IMG/VR virus record: IMGVR_UViG_3300047548_001122
Span: 150,238 to 214,237 of that record
Reading direction: 5' to 3' (one strand)
DNA: 64,000 nucleotides
Positions 48,133-57,369 of this stretch are shown piece after piece. How positions within the stretch are numbered: the first letter of the stretch is position 1; each line of letters opens with the position of its first letter. A program made the position numbers and the translations under genes. The notes below the pieces were generated by a model that saw only the letters and a program-made list of their open reading frames with translations, searched no databases and was not told the origin of the DNA.

Positions 48133-48530
48133 CCTGGACACATAACGGCGTAGAATTTACTTCTGAATTGGCCGAAGGTTATTTTGGTTTCGTATATTTA
48201 ATCACTCATACTCTTACCGGCAGAATGTATGTCGGTAAGAAGTTCTTTACTAAATCTAAAACAAAACAAGTTAAAGGTAAGAAAAAGAAAATCAGAGTAG
48301 AATCTGATTGGGCTGATTATTATGGTTCAAATGAACAGTTAGCAAATGAAGTAAAGGGAAAAGAATCTGAATACACTAGAGAGATTCTTCACCTCTGCAA
48401 ATCAAGGTCGGAATGTTCCTATTGGGAAACTTGGGAGATTTTCAATAGGCACGCTTTACTTAAAGAAGAATACTACAATCAATGGGTTTCTTGTAAGATT
48501 CGGAAAAATCACGTATTAAAACGTGATTGA
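48129..48530 (+). CDS. GIY-YIG family nuclease
   Basis: GFVYLIT..MYVGKK..YYGS..REIL..E..YYN. Confidence 0.8.
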   Translation: MTWTHNGVEFTSELAEGYFGFVYLITHTLTGRMYVGKKFFTKSKTKQVKGKKKKIRVESDWADYYGSNEQLANEVKGKESEYTREILHLCKSRSECSYWETWEIFNRHALLKEEYYNQWVSCKIRKNHVLKRD

Positions 48531-49436
48531 ACCTGCGCCTGTAAATTTATAGTATGTGTAACCATCACCAGGAGTTGTAATTGTTGGTGATCCTGTAGTT
48601 GATGCTTGAAAAGCAGTTCCCAAATGTCTGACTATAATTACACCCGAACCGCCATTACCGCCGCGACCGGCAGCACTGTTATTACCTGCACCACCTCCGC
48701 CGCCGCCACCTGAATTGGCGCCACCCGCACCACCTGTACCTACTACTCCCGCACTACCAGTACCACTATTTCCACCATTCGAACCCCCAGTACCACTTCC
48801 TGCAGCTGCGCCACCGCCGCCGCCACCTCCATTGCCGCCGTTACCGCCAGTACCACTGTTAGACATACCAGCACCACCTCCACCACCAGCATAATATGTA
48901 GATCCACCTGAAGGCCAAACCTCACCTATGCCGCCGGTACCACCAACAAAAGCAGAAGCCGGAGTTTGTCCAACAGCGCCTTTGCCGCCACCGCCGGCAG
49001 ATTGATAGGTGCCGCCGCCGTTATTACCTTGGCCGCTTGTGTTTGTGCCCGCTGTTGCGCCGCCACCACCTGAGCCTCCAGAAGTTGCTGGACCTGCCGC
49101 ATCGGCACCTTGACCAGCACCACCACCTACAGCAGTTAAAGAAAAACCAGTGGTGTTTGAACCATTTGTTCCTCTTGTTGCGTTTGATGATGTTGTTCCG
49201 CCGGCACCTACTGTAAAACTATAAGTTCCTGATGGACCACTTATAGTTCCTGTCAACATACCACCAGCACCGCCACCACCACCCGGACTGTAGTTAGTTA
49301 CTCCACCGCCGCCTGCGCCGCCGCCGGCAACAACTAGATAATCTAATGATGTTGGTCTTCCAGAAGGATTTGCAGTATTTCTTTTATTAAATCTTTGTTC
49401 TCTGAAAGACTGTTGAGTAAATGCTTTGATTGACAT
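48516..49436 (-). CDS. Glycine-rich virion appendage protein
   Basis: YLVVAGGGAGG..YYAGGGGG..GGSGVIIVR..YKFTGAGSITF; GC-rich. Confidence 0.75.
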   Translation of the reverse strand: MSIKAFTQQSFREQRFNKRNTANPSGRPTSLDYLVVAGGGAGGGGVTNYSPGGGGGAGGMLTGTISGPSGTYSFTVGAGGTTSSNATRGTNGSNTTGFSLTAVGGGAGQGADAAGPATSGGSGGGGATAGTNTSGQGNNGGGTYQSAGGGGKGAVGQTPASAFVGGTGGIGEVWPSGGSTYYAGGGGGAGMSNSGTGGNGGNGGGGGGGAAAGSGTGGSNGGNSGTGSAGVVGTGGAGGANSGGGGGGGAGNNSAAGRGGNGGSGVIIVRHLGTAFQASTTGSPTITTPGDGYTYYKFTGAGSITF

Positions 49437-49437
49437 T

Positions 49438-49770
49438 TTAGGTTATTTCCGATCCAAAAATACCAAAAGAAATATTAGATGTCGAAGCATAAACTGTAAC
49501 GACATCTGTATTCCCTAATGTTAAACCTAATGTTAAACCTATACTGTCTCCACTCTGAACAACATTATTATTCGTAATATAGTGTTTAGCTTCAAGTGTT
49601 TGTCCTGCTGGTCTAACTGCTATACTGTAGTTGGAATTTGATATAGCACTTGCATTAGCTATAGTAATAGTGGAAATCACTGCTTGAGTTGCTTCTGGTA
49701 CCGTATACAAAGTAGTATTTGTAAAGGCTGTTGGATTCGATTGACCTAGTACTTTAAAATTTTGTGCCAT
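49438..49770 (-). CDS. Small virion-associated beta protein
   Basis: KVLGQSNP..LYTVP..LTLGLTL..FGIFGSEIT. Confidence 0.65.
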   Translation of the reverse strand: MAQNFKVLGQSNPTAFTNTTLYTVPEATQAVISTITIANASAISNSNYSIAVRPAGQTLEAKHYITNNNVVQSGDSIGLTLGLTLGNTDVVTVYASTSNISFGIFGSEIT

Positions 49771-49771
49771 T

Positions 49772-49972
49772 TTACATTCCCGATAACATTAACATTGTTG
49801 GTATTGATGATTCTGCGCTGCCGCCTCCAGTACTAACCGCAACATTAGATGCAGCAGTAATTCTACCTTGTGCATCGACGACAAATGAAGCAGCATTGGC
49901 GCCCCCACCATACGTTCCTGCGGTCACTGTGGTATTTGCTAGATTGTGCGATTTTACTTTTGTATTTGACAT
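49772..49972 (-). CDS. Short fibre-like protein
   Basis: VTAGTYGG..VDAQGRITAASN motif. Confidence 0.6.
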   Translation of the reverse strand: MSNTKVKSHNLANTTVTAGTYGGGANAASFVVDAQGRITAASNVAVSTGGGSAESSIPTMLMLSGM

Positions 49973-49994
49973 GAATACCTCTTGAATTATACAC

Positions 49995-50002
49995 TATTTA
50001 GT
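49995..50002 (-). promoter_or_regulatory. T4-type late promoter for the minus-strand operon
   Basis: ACTAAATA on the minus strand, followed by SD GAGG and ATG 49972. Confidence 0.6.
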
Positions 50003-50022
50003 CGAACTCACAATTACCGTTA

Positions 50023-50045
50023 TTTATGTTGTGCTGCAACATAAA
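50023..50045. promoter_or_regulatory. Perfect palindromic operator-like site
   Basis: TTTATGTTG-TGCTG-CAACATAAA (9-bp arms) in a divergent intergenic region. Confidence 0.6.
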
Positions 50046-50074
50046 ATAGGATATATACTTGTATAGGAGATTTT

Positions 50075-50215
50075 ATGCAATTACTGAAAAAAATACTAAA
50101 CGTTTTTATACCCGACACAAAAACCGATATAGAATTATTTATTGAATCGAAACAACCAAAGACCACAGCTGATGTGGAACATTGGATACAAGTTTATAAC
50201 TATAGGAGACACTAA
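50075..50215 (+). CDS. Small hypothetical protein (46 aa)
   Basis: AGGAG SD; MQLLKKIL..FIESKQPKTTADVEHW. Confidence 0.6.
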   Translation: MQLLKKILNVFIPDTKTDIELFIESKQPKTTADVEHWIQVYNYRRH

Positions 50216-50216
50216 A

Positions 50217-50465
50217 ATGTTTTATAACTTCCCACCCGTACCAACTTTTAATGAGGTCGTTGATCGTCAAAAAGATTTTGCTAAGGCTTTCGTTGACCTC
50301 AAAGTAGAAGGTTATAAGTCTTTTTCTAAGGCTTTCGACCATGCTACATATTCCTTTTTTACTACATATACCAAAGAGTCTGAAAAATTTGTAGTAGGAT
50401 TAGGAAACTATGCAAAAGAAGCTATTGACTACGACCCAGCAAAAGTACAATCAAATAAAAAGTGA
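50217..50465 (+). CDS. Small amphipathic helical protein (phasin-like?)
   Basis: AGGAG SD at 50204; all-helical amphipathic pattern QKDFAKAFVD. Confidence 0.5.
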   Translation: MFYNFPPVPTFNEVVDRQKDFAKAFVDLKVEGYKSFSKAFDHATYSFFTTYTKESEKFVVGLGNYAKEAIDYDPAKVQSNKK

Positions 50466-50679
50466 TTTAAAATTGTGGTCAACCGTTGAAAGGAATGGGT
50501 GGTATATAAAATTCTCTATTCTTAGAGATGAATGTGTATTACTCATTTTTGTTTCGGGAGACACATATCAAACTATCATAAGATATTTTGGTAATGAAGA
50601 TGAAGCAGTAAAATATATCAATTTTATCTGCGAAAAAGATCCAAGAATTATGTTACAAGGTGACGAGAACCCGGCTTAA
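50410..50679 (+). CDS. Hypothetical protein
   Basis: ORF ending at a terminator. Confidence 0.55.
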   Translation: MQKKLLTTTQQKYNQIKSDLKLWSTVERNGWYIKFSILRDECVLLIFVSGDTYQTIIRYFGNEDEAVKYINFICEKDPRIMLQGDENPA

Positions 50680-50696
50680 TGTCGGGTTTATTTTTT
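50668..50696 (+). terminator. Intrinsic terminator
   Basis: AACCCGGC-TTAAT-GTCGGGTT + TATTTTTT. Confidence 0.75.
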
Positions 50697-51011
50697 ATGC
50701 CGATTGAAAAAACTTGTCCACAATGCGGTACGAAACATCAAAAGAGAGGACCTTATTGCTCAAGGTCTTGCGGTAATGTTCGCGTTCATACCGAAGAAGA
50801 TAAAAAGATTCGCCGCAAAAAACTCATAGAATATCACCAAACTCCTGAAGGTATAGCTACACAAGAAAAATCTCGCCGTATGGTTATTGCCATGAATAAA
50901 GGTGAAGATTGGACACAAGTGTCCGTTGAAGATTTTGCTGTTGACATTCCTGATGTAACCGACTATAATGAATTTTATGATTCATCGTGGGGTCGGGCAG
51001 AAAAATGGTAG
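50697..51011 (+). CDS. Zinc-finger protein
   Basis: CPQC..YCSRSC; start placed after the terminator. Confidence 0.6.
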   Translation: MPIEKTCPQCGTKHQKRGPYCSRSCGNVRVHTEEDKKIRRKKLIEYHQTPEGIATQEKSRRMVIAMNKGEDWTQVSVEDFAVDIPDVTDYNEFYDSSWGRAEKW

Positions 51012-51012
51012 C

Positions 51013-51041
51013 TTGACAAAACTTATTGGTACGTGTATAAT
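51013..51041 (+). promoter_or_regulatory. Sigma70-type early promoter
   Basis: TTGACA-17bp-TATAAT. Confidence 0.85.
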
Positions 51042-51046
51042 AAGTT

Positions 51047-51457
51047 ATGATTATCAATGGAAAAGTACCGAAATTACATTTATCGGCAATTAATCATTTT
51101 GCCGAGTTACTTTTCACACCACAAAAAATTGTCAGAATTGAAATAACTATAAAATACCTAAAGATGCAATTTCTTGGTTCGGCTTACATAGATAGTTATG
51201 ACCTAAAAGGAAAACCGGATTCATTTGTCGTTGAAATAAATCGTTCATTATCTACTGAAGATAAACTTAAAACTTTAGCACACGAAATGGTACACATTAA
51301 ACAATTTTCGTGTGGATATTTAAATGAATCGATGACAAGATGGCGAGGCAAAAAAGTGGACGTATATTGTTATGATTATGATGAATTGCCTTGGGAAATT
51401 GAAGCCGAATCTTATGGTCTTAATCTTTACGAATCCTTTATTTACAATCATAAATGA
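51047..51457 (+). CDS. Zincin-like metallopeptidase
   Basis: LAHEMVH + PWEIEA. Confidence 0.8.
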   Translation: MIINGKVPKLHLSAINHFAELLFTPQKIVRIEITIKYLKMQFLGSAYIDSYDLKGKPDSFVVEINRSLSTEDKLKTLAHEMVHIKQFSCGYLNESMTRWRGKKVDVYCYDYDELPWEIEAESYGLNLYESFIYNHK

Positions 51458-51726
51458 AAGACCTATTTAAATTTTTACCTCAAATACTTTCTGCATTGCC
51501 AGAACTATCAAAGTATGTTAAAATAATTCCTATTTTATTGTTATTGGCAGGCCTTGGGTATGGAGCATTTTACTATTTTACCAACTATAAAGATCCTTAT
51601 AAATGCGTAAACAATCAAGTCTTTGAACAAATCAGAGTGGATTCGAATGTTTATGTTTTTAAGGGAGATACATGCATTGACGGACAAAGGAGTTATAATG
51701 AATCTGAACAAAAAAGCCGCGATTAA
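51454..51726 (+). CDS. Membrane protein
   Basis: Single TM, two Cys. Confidence 0.55.
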   Translation: MKDLFKFLPQILSALPELSKYVKIIPILLLLAGLGYGAFYYFTNYKDPYKCVNNQVFEQIRVDSNVYVFKGDTCIDGQRSYNESEQKSRD

Positions 51727-51988
51727 AACCGCAAAAATAACCTTAGGATTTTCTTTTCTAGTTTTGTTGTTTTCAATTATACTTGCAAACATAACTATAG
51801 AGGTTTTTCTTGGTGTAGTTTTCGTTCTAATACTGGGTATCTTCATTCGATTAATATATCAAATTTGTTTGAGTGATATTGAATGGGAAGAAAAATATAA
51901 AGAGCGTGAAGCTATGTGGCAAAAAATAGATGAGAAAAGACAAGCTATGCTTGATGATCGTCAAAAATCAGTTAAGAATAATGAATGA
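51698..51988 (+). CDS. Two-TM membrane protein
   Basis: AGGAG SD before MNLNKK; two hydrophobic helices. Confidence 0.55.
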   Translation: MNLNKKAAIKTAKITLGFSFLVLLFSIILANITIEVFLGVVFVLILGIFIRLIYQICLSDIEWEEKYKEREAMWQKIDEKRQAMLDDRQKSVKNNE

Positions 51989-52388
51989 CATTGAAAAAAT
52001 AATTGCTGATAAAAAGGTGAGAGTTAAGTTTTTACTTGATGATGCTGATTTTCTCGATGAAGATGGTTATCCCACCGAACAAGCTCTAGAAGTCGTTGAA
52101 AAATGGCATTGGGATGATATACCTGGTTGGTTTCAATTCATCAAGTCAATTTGGCATCTCCATTCTTGGGGTTGGAAAGAAAAACTTGAACCTCACGATT
52201 GGAATGGAAAATTTGAACAATATAAAAACAGAATGGTGCAACGCCATTATGTTTCCACTGGTGGTTGGTCTGGCAACGAATCAATCATTGGTGCTATGCA
52301 AAGAAACGATATGATGTGGCATTTGAATTGGGTACAATCACGCCGAGGTGGCCATTATATTTTTGAGGAGTATCATCTTGCGGATTGA
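51981..52388 (+). CDS. Conserved phage hypothetical protein
   Basis: DGYPT..STGGWSGNESII..RRGGHY. Confidence 0.65.
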   Translation: MNDIEKIIADKKVRVKFLLDDADFLDEDGYPTEQALEVVEKWHWDDIPGWFQFIKSIWHLHSWGWKEKLEPHDWNGKFEQYKNRMVQRHYVSTGGWSGNESIIGAMQRNDMMWHLNWVQSRRGGHYIFEEYHLAD

Positions 52389-52662
52389 TTTGAACCAAAA
52401 TAATACAAGAGTTTATCATAGCACACTTTCAATTGGTTATGCATCTGAAATGAATATGAGTCCAAGTATGGATCCAAAACAAGTTGAGCAAGAAATAAAG
52501 AGAAAGTTGACCTCAATGCTTGTTCAAAAATTATTTGAAGATGGTTATATTGAATTCACGAAAGAAACAAACCCAACCGATTTCAATCGTGTGTTTCGTG
52601 CTAGAATTGTGACAGTGGATAAGAATGTAGTAGGTGAATTAAGAAAAAATAGTATCATATAA
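52348..52662 (+). CDS. Hypothetical protein
   Basis: ORF fills the gap; start uncertain. Confidence 0.45.
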   Translation: MAIIFLRSIILRIDLNQNNTRVYHSTLSIGYASEMNMSPSMDPKQVEQEIKRKLTSMLVQKLFEDGYIEFTKETNPTDFNRVFRARIVTVDKNVVGELRKNSII

Positions 52663-52672
52663 AGGAGATTCA

Positions 52673-53452
52673 ATGACCCGAAAAAACTCTGTTCCTAATG
52701 TAGACCTTAGAGTTATTCATGCTGAAAACGACAACTCTATAAAACAAACAAAAACAAAAACAATGACACATACATTAAAGGTTAGAATAGATGATTTAAA
52801 AACTTTCGAACCACTTACAGATAATCAAAAAAAATTCTTTGATGCATATAAGAGACAAGATTATTTTATAGCACTGCATGGAGTAGCAGGTACAGGGAAA
52901 ACATTTTGTGCATTATATAAAGCTCTTGAAGAGGTATTGGATAGAAATAATCCCTTTCAAAAAATAATCGTAGTTCGTTCGGCAGTACAGTCGAGAGAAA
53001 TCGGTCATTTGCCAGGTGATGTAAGTGATAAGATGGAAATCTATCAACAACCATATAGACAAATTTGTGAAACATTATTTGGTCGCAAAGATGCATGGGA
53101 TAGATTAGAAGAGCAGGGTCATATTGAGTTTATCAGCACCAGTTTCATTCGAGGAATGTCATTTGATAATGCAATCATTATTGTGGACGAAATGCAAAAT
53201 CTTTCCTTCGAAGAGATTGATACAGTAATGACACGGGTTGGTTATCGTTCAAAAATTATGTGGTGTGGTGACTATAGACAAACCGATTTGAATAAAAAGA
53301 AAAATGATGTAAGTGGTATTTTAAAATTCTTTGAAATCGCTCATCACATGGATGCATTTACGAGAATTGAATTTAGTGTTGATGATATTGTGAGAAGTAG
53401 CTTAGTGAAAGATTATATTGTAGCAAAACTTAAAGTTGAGGACTTTACATAA
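52673..53452 (+). CDS. phoH: PhoH family ATPase
   Basis: GVAGTGKT, IGHLPG, FIRGMSF, VDEMQN, GDYRQTDL, DIVRS. Confidence 0.95.
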   Translation: MTRKNSVPNVDLRVIHAENDNSIKQTKTKTMTHTLKVRIDDLKTFEPLTDNQKKFFDAYKRQDYFIALHGVAGTGKTFCALYKALEEVLDRNNPFQKIIVVRSAVQSREIGHLPGDVSDKMEIYQQPYRQICETLFGRKDAWDRLEEQGHIEFISTSFIRGMSFDNAIIIVDEMQNLSFEEIDTVMTRVGYRSKIMWCGDYRQTDLNKKKNDVSGILKFFEIAHHMDAFTRIEFSVDDIVRSSLVKDYIVAKLKVEDFT

Positions 53453-53461
53453 GGAAATATT

Positions 53462-53908
53462 ATGACCATATATTATGACGATAAACGTGATTATTCTGTA
53501 ATAGTTGAAGGTTGGGTAAGAGATTTCATTGATACTATGGACCACGAAGATGATTTGTATCCTGGAAATGAATCTGGTGATACACCATTCGGTGTTAAAA
53601 TCATTTTCGATGGTTTTGGATATGATGAAGAAACAGATGAAGAAAATGCGGATCGAAATACCCAATCCTTTGCTGTATTCGTTCACAAAAATTCTTTGAC
53701 CGAAGAATTCCCTCCACACGAACTCACACCTTGGGCATTAATTCACCGACCAAAAGAAGAAGTTTGCATTTATGCTTGGTATGATGTTGCGGCCGATTTG
53801 GTTGATATTATTCCATTCGAGGATAATAATTCAACAGAACTAGATCCGAAATTCGTTACAGAATTAATTTTCAAAATACAAGAAAGGGATTATGGTGAAT
53901 CAGCTTGA
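53462..53908 (+). CDS. Hypothetical acidic protein
   Basis: ORF with SD. Confidence 0.6.
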   Translation: MTIYYDDKRDYSVIVEGWVRDFIDTMDHEDDLYPGNESGDTPFGVKIIFDGFGYDEETDEENADRNTQSFAVFVHKNSLTEEFPPHELTPWALIHRPKEEVCIYAWYDVAADLVDIIPFEDNNSTELDPKFVTELIFKIQERDYGESA

Positions 53909-54167
53909 GATAAAATTCTTTTGGCCACTTACTGAACAGATATCACTTGATTTGGATTATAGTAATTGTGAAAAACCAAAATTAACAACAACTACGAATT
54001 ATAATGTACTTAATACAGGTCTCTACACTCTTGCGAGTTCAAATACACAATGGTCAACCTACATTAATATTGATGAGAATAATTTTGTAGTTAAAACAAA
54101 TAAAGAAATACCTTGGTATCGTAGTTTAATATTTAAAATTATTGGAATTAAATTGGAGAAAAAATGA
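53892..54167 (+). CDS. Hypothetical protein
   Basis: ORF in operon. Confidence 0.55.
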   Translation: MVNQLEIKFFWPLTEQISLDLDYSNCEKPKLTTTTNYNVLNTGLYTLASSNTQWSTYINIDENNFVVKTNKEIPWYRSLIFKIIGIKLEKK

Positions 54168-54670
54168 GTTTAGTCAAATACGCAGAAAATGAATTAGACC
54201 GTATTGGTATGACCGATGATGGAGATATGAATGGCATGATGCGAAAGCATTTGTTACACATGGTCAAAGAGTTTGCAGATGAAGGACACACCGGTTTCTC
54301 TGCTAGTTATGCATTACAATGCCTTGAAAAATTAATGCGATTCAAACCACTGTCACCACTGACCGGTGAAGATGATGAGTGGACAGAAGTAACCCGAATA
54401 AGTGGTTATCCTCATTTTCAAAACAAACGATGCAGTTCAGTATTTAAAGAGGGTCAAAATGGTGAAGCATATGACATCGATGGCAAGGTATTTTGGGAAT
54501 GGTATCGTGATGAAGAAACTGGTGAAGCGTATAAATCATATTACACTTCGTTCGAAAGTCGTGTGCCTGTAACTTTTCCATATATTGTACCCGATGAACC
54601 CATTTACGAGTATCGAAAGTCCGATTCAGAACCACAATCACCACCACAGAACGAAAATGGATTATTGTAA
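54164..54670 (+). CDS. Conserved phage hypothetical protein
   Basis: EGHTGFSA..PLSPLTGEDDEW..QNKRCSSVFK. Confidence 0.7.
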   Translation: MSLVKYAENELDRIGMTDDGDMNGMMRKHLLHMVKEFADEGHTGFSASYALQCLEKLMRFKPLSPLTGEDDEWTEVTRISGYPHFQNKRCSSVFKEGQNGEAYDIDGKVFWEWYRDEETGEAYKSYYTSFESRVPVTFPYIVPDEPIYEYRKSDSEPQSPPQNENGLL

Positions 54671-54906
54671 TGAAGTACTACACCATATGCTATCCTGACT
54701 ATAATACACTTGGTCAAGATTATGTACATTGGGAAACACTATCAGAAAAAGAAATTCTTAATGATTATTGGAATTATTGGTCAAATAAAATGGCAGAACT
54801 TGACCAACACCATTTAATCACAAAAGAAAATTGCATTGATGATTGGTGTGTTATTCATTGGGCAGAAAGAAATTATTGGCGTGAGATGAAGGACTGTATA
54901 GCGTGA
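54670..54906 (+). CDS. Hypothetical protein
   Basis: SEKEIL..YW.YW..CIDDWCVIHWA. Confidence 0.6.
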   Translation: MKYYTICYPDYNTLGQDYVHWETLSEKEILNDYWNYWSNKMAELDQHHLITKENCIDDWCVIHWAERNYWREMKDCIA

Positions 54907-55085
54907 ATCAATTACACACACAATTTAAAGTTGTAGAATTCTATGACCAAGCGAAAAACAAAATTTGGAAAGTAGAACTACAATACAAACAAGATATCAA
55001 AGATTCATATGGTAATATTGTTAATGCCGGTTATTGGACTACTGTACCTAGAGAACGATTTAATATGATAGAAGGTGTTTCATGA
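54903..55085 (+). CDS. Hypothetical protein
   Basis: Coupled ORF. Confidence 0.5.
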   Translation: MNQLHTQFKVVEFYDQAKNKIWKVELQYKQDIKDSYGNIVNAGYWTTVPRERFNMIEGVS

Positions 55086-55801
55086 GAAGCAATTTTTTTG
55101 AATTTACTTGGTCTGAATACAATCATTTTCATTTTTACTTGACATTGCCTACAGAAGATTCTGAAGATAAGAATCTTAAAATGTATGTTGGTTTTTGGAA
55201 ATTATATTTCTTCATTGGTTTTTGGCCTGTAGCACCTAAAAAGATTGATTGGGAATTAGGACAAATTTCTAATCAATATGGTTTTTCCTACTTTGAAAGA
55301 AACCTGATGATTTATCGTGGAGAAAAGCCTACGATATTTTTTGAAATGCCCTGGTCTTGGCAAATCGTTCGACACGACCTTTTAATGCCTGATGGAAAAG
55401 TTTATCACAGTAACCGTTGGGACTATGATGGTAAAAAAATAGGCCGACATTTATCTTGGTTTGATATCTTTAATGGTTGGAAAGATAAACGAATACAAGA
55501 TCGTTTAAAGAAAAAATGTACGAAAAAAATGGATTTGGTACACTACACTAAAGATGGCCGAAAGCAAGAAGCAGTCATTACATTTACCGGCGAAGAAAGA
55601 GAATGGCGTTGGAAATGGTTTACATGGTTGCCATTATTCAATAAGGTTTCAAGAGTAATTTCTTGTGATAGTAACGTTGAATTGGGTAAAAGAGCAGGCA
55701 GCTGGAAAGGCGGCATGATGGGTTGGTCTTGTGAGTGGGATTTACATGAAAGTATGGAGATGGCCTTTAGGAGATGGTATGACAAATGGGACGGAAACTA
55801 G
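55082..55801 (+). CDS. Trp-rich hypothetical protein
   Basis: EEREWRWKW..ELGKRAGSWKGG. Confidence 0.6.
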   Translation: MRSNFFEFTWSEYNHFHFYLTLPTEDSEDKNLKMYVGFWKLYFFIGFWPVAPKKIDWELGQISNQYGFSYFERNLMIYRGEKPTIFFEMPWSWQIVRHDLLMPDGKVYHSNRWDYDGKKIGRHLSWFDIFNGWKDKRIQDRLKKKCTKKMDLVHYTKDGRKQEAVITFTGEEREWRWKWFTWLPLFNKVSRVISCDSNVELGKRAGSWKGGMMGWSCEWDLHESMEMAFRRWYDKWDGN

Positions 55802-56006
55802 ATGCGAGTGTCACGCTTGCATCAAAGAATTTAATATCACTGCCGGCGGACAAGGAATTTTCGGCAGTTTGCCTTTAAGTTCCACCAAAATGATTCTTTG
55901 CCCAAAATGCGGCAATAAAAGATGTCCTAAGGCAAGCGACCATCGTTTAGAATGTACAGGCAGTAATGTACCTGGACAACCAGGCAGTATTTACTATAAG
56001 TCTTGA
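55776..56006 (+). CDS. Cys-rich zinc-binding protein
   Basis: CECHAC..MILCPKCGNKRCPKASDH..C. Confidence 0.6.
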   Translation, partial: GMTNGTETRCECHACIKEFNITAGGQGIFGSLPLSSTKMILCPKCGNKRCPKASDHRLECTGSNVPGQPGSIYYKS

Positions 56007-56031
56007 CAGGCAACCTTTTATGCTGTATAAT
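56003..56031 (+). promoter_or_regulatory. Sigma70-type early promoter
   Basis: TTGACA-17bp-TATAAT. Confidence 0.85.
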
Positions 56032-56082
56032 ATACAAAATCGAGGTTGAATTCTTATTGATGACATAGAGAGTGTACCCATA

Positions 56083-56643
56083 ATGTTTACTCAAGAACAA
56101 AAAGATCATATTCAAGAAGTAAAAAAGAAAATTCAAATGCACATTGTCGAAGTTTGGATGTATGATGTAAAATACACCAGAGCTCTTAGATTAGATAAAA
56201 TAAATTTATCTGGTGGTGCAATTGCTTCTTTGCTTCAAGGTGAAGAACCGAAAGACTGGGATTTTTATTTCGAAGATCAAATGTCATGTGAAAACTTTGA
56301 ACAGGCTATTCTTAGTAACGTAGATAAAGTTGAAGTTGCTGATGTAGATCCAAAATATGGAGATTATATCGGACAAAATGGCAAAATGATTACTGCTAAT
56401 GCTATTACAATGAAAGACGGTAATTCATTCATCACGAAATTTTATGGTGAAATTGATGACATTAAAAAAGAATTTGATTTTTTACATTGTACACCACACT
56501 ATAGTTTGAAAGAAGAAAAACTTTACATTAGTTATAATCAATATGATGCTTGCGTAAATAAAAAACTTATCGTAAACAATCCAAAAAAAGTTAAAAGTCA
56601 CCGTATTTTAAAATTTAAAGAGAGAGGTTATCACCGTGTCTGA
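56083..56643 (+). CDS. Pol-beta-superfamily nucleotidyltransferase-like protein
   Basis: SGGAIASLL..KDWDFYF (GG..DxD), FDFLHC. Confidence 0.65.
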   Translation: MFTQEQKDHIQEVKKKIQMHIVEVWMYDVKYTRALRLDKINLSGGAIASLLQGEEPKDWDFYFEDQMSCENFEQAILSNVDKVEVADVDPKYGDYIGQNGKMITANAITMKDGNSFITKFYGEIDDIKKEFDFLHCTPHYSLKEEKLYISYNQYDACVNKKLIVNNPKKVKSHRILKFKERGYHRV

Positions 56644-56845
56644 TTCTAAAAATGAGATTCTTATGGATAGAAATGATTTGTCAGCAATTATGGAAAAAAT
56701 TGAAAAGGTCAACAGCGAAGGACCTTTTTTCATTCGTCAAAAAGAAACAGATACAGAAAATACATTTCCAGATGAGGAAATTTTTGAAATTGAGGTGCCA
56801 TTGACAATCAATGGAATTTTTGGTCTTTTTACTTTTAAGGTATAA
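56636..56845 (+). CDS. Hypothetical protein
   Basis: ORF in operon. Confidence 0.5.
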   Translation: MSDSKNEILMDRNDLSAIMEKIEKVNSEGPFFIRQKETDTENTFPDEEIFEIEVPLTINGIFGLFTFKV

Positions 56846-56847
56846 AA

Positions 56848-57075
56848 ATGGAAGATATCATTGCTGATGATGAAATTCTTGAATCTGCTGCTAATGTAGA
56901 TGATTGTATGATGGACATGGTTGAAAAAGGTTTTGGCATCAATGCTATCAATGGTATTGTATTGGCCAGATTATTCATGTTAAATCGTGAAACAAATAAT
57001 GAAAATGATTTTTTTAAATTTCTGACCGATATGAAACAATCTAATGCTTATCAAGCACCTAAAACTTTGCAATGA
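56848..57075 (+). CDS. Hypothetical protein
   Basis: ORF in operon. Confidence 0.55.
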   Translation: MEDIIADDEILESAANVDDCMMDMVEKGFGINAINGIVLARLFMLNRETNNENDFFKFLTDMKQSNAYQAPKTLQ

Positions 57076-57369
57076 TGTACGCCGCAATAATTTATAACCT
57101 TGTGATATTGGCAGGCACAGCATATCTTGTGCAAGTATATAATTGGTCACCAGCAACGTTTATATTATCCATTCTTTTATTGTTTACGTTCCGTGAAATA
57201 GATGAACTCAAATAAAAATGAATATACTTTTTCTTATACTTGATGTTTATCTTGCTTATACATTCTATACTTGGTCTACAGAATTTCAGAAACAAGGCAA
57301 AAACATTCTATCTTTAATTTCTTTTTTATCTAGCACTTATTTTGGCGCAATGATTTTGGTGCGAATACT

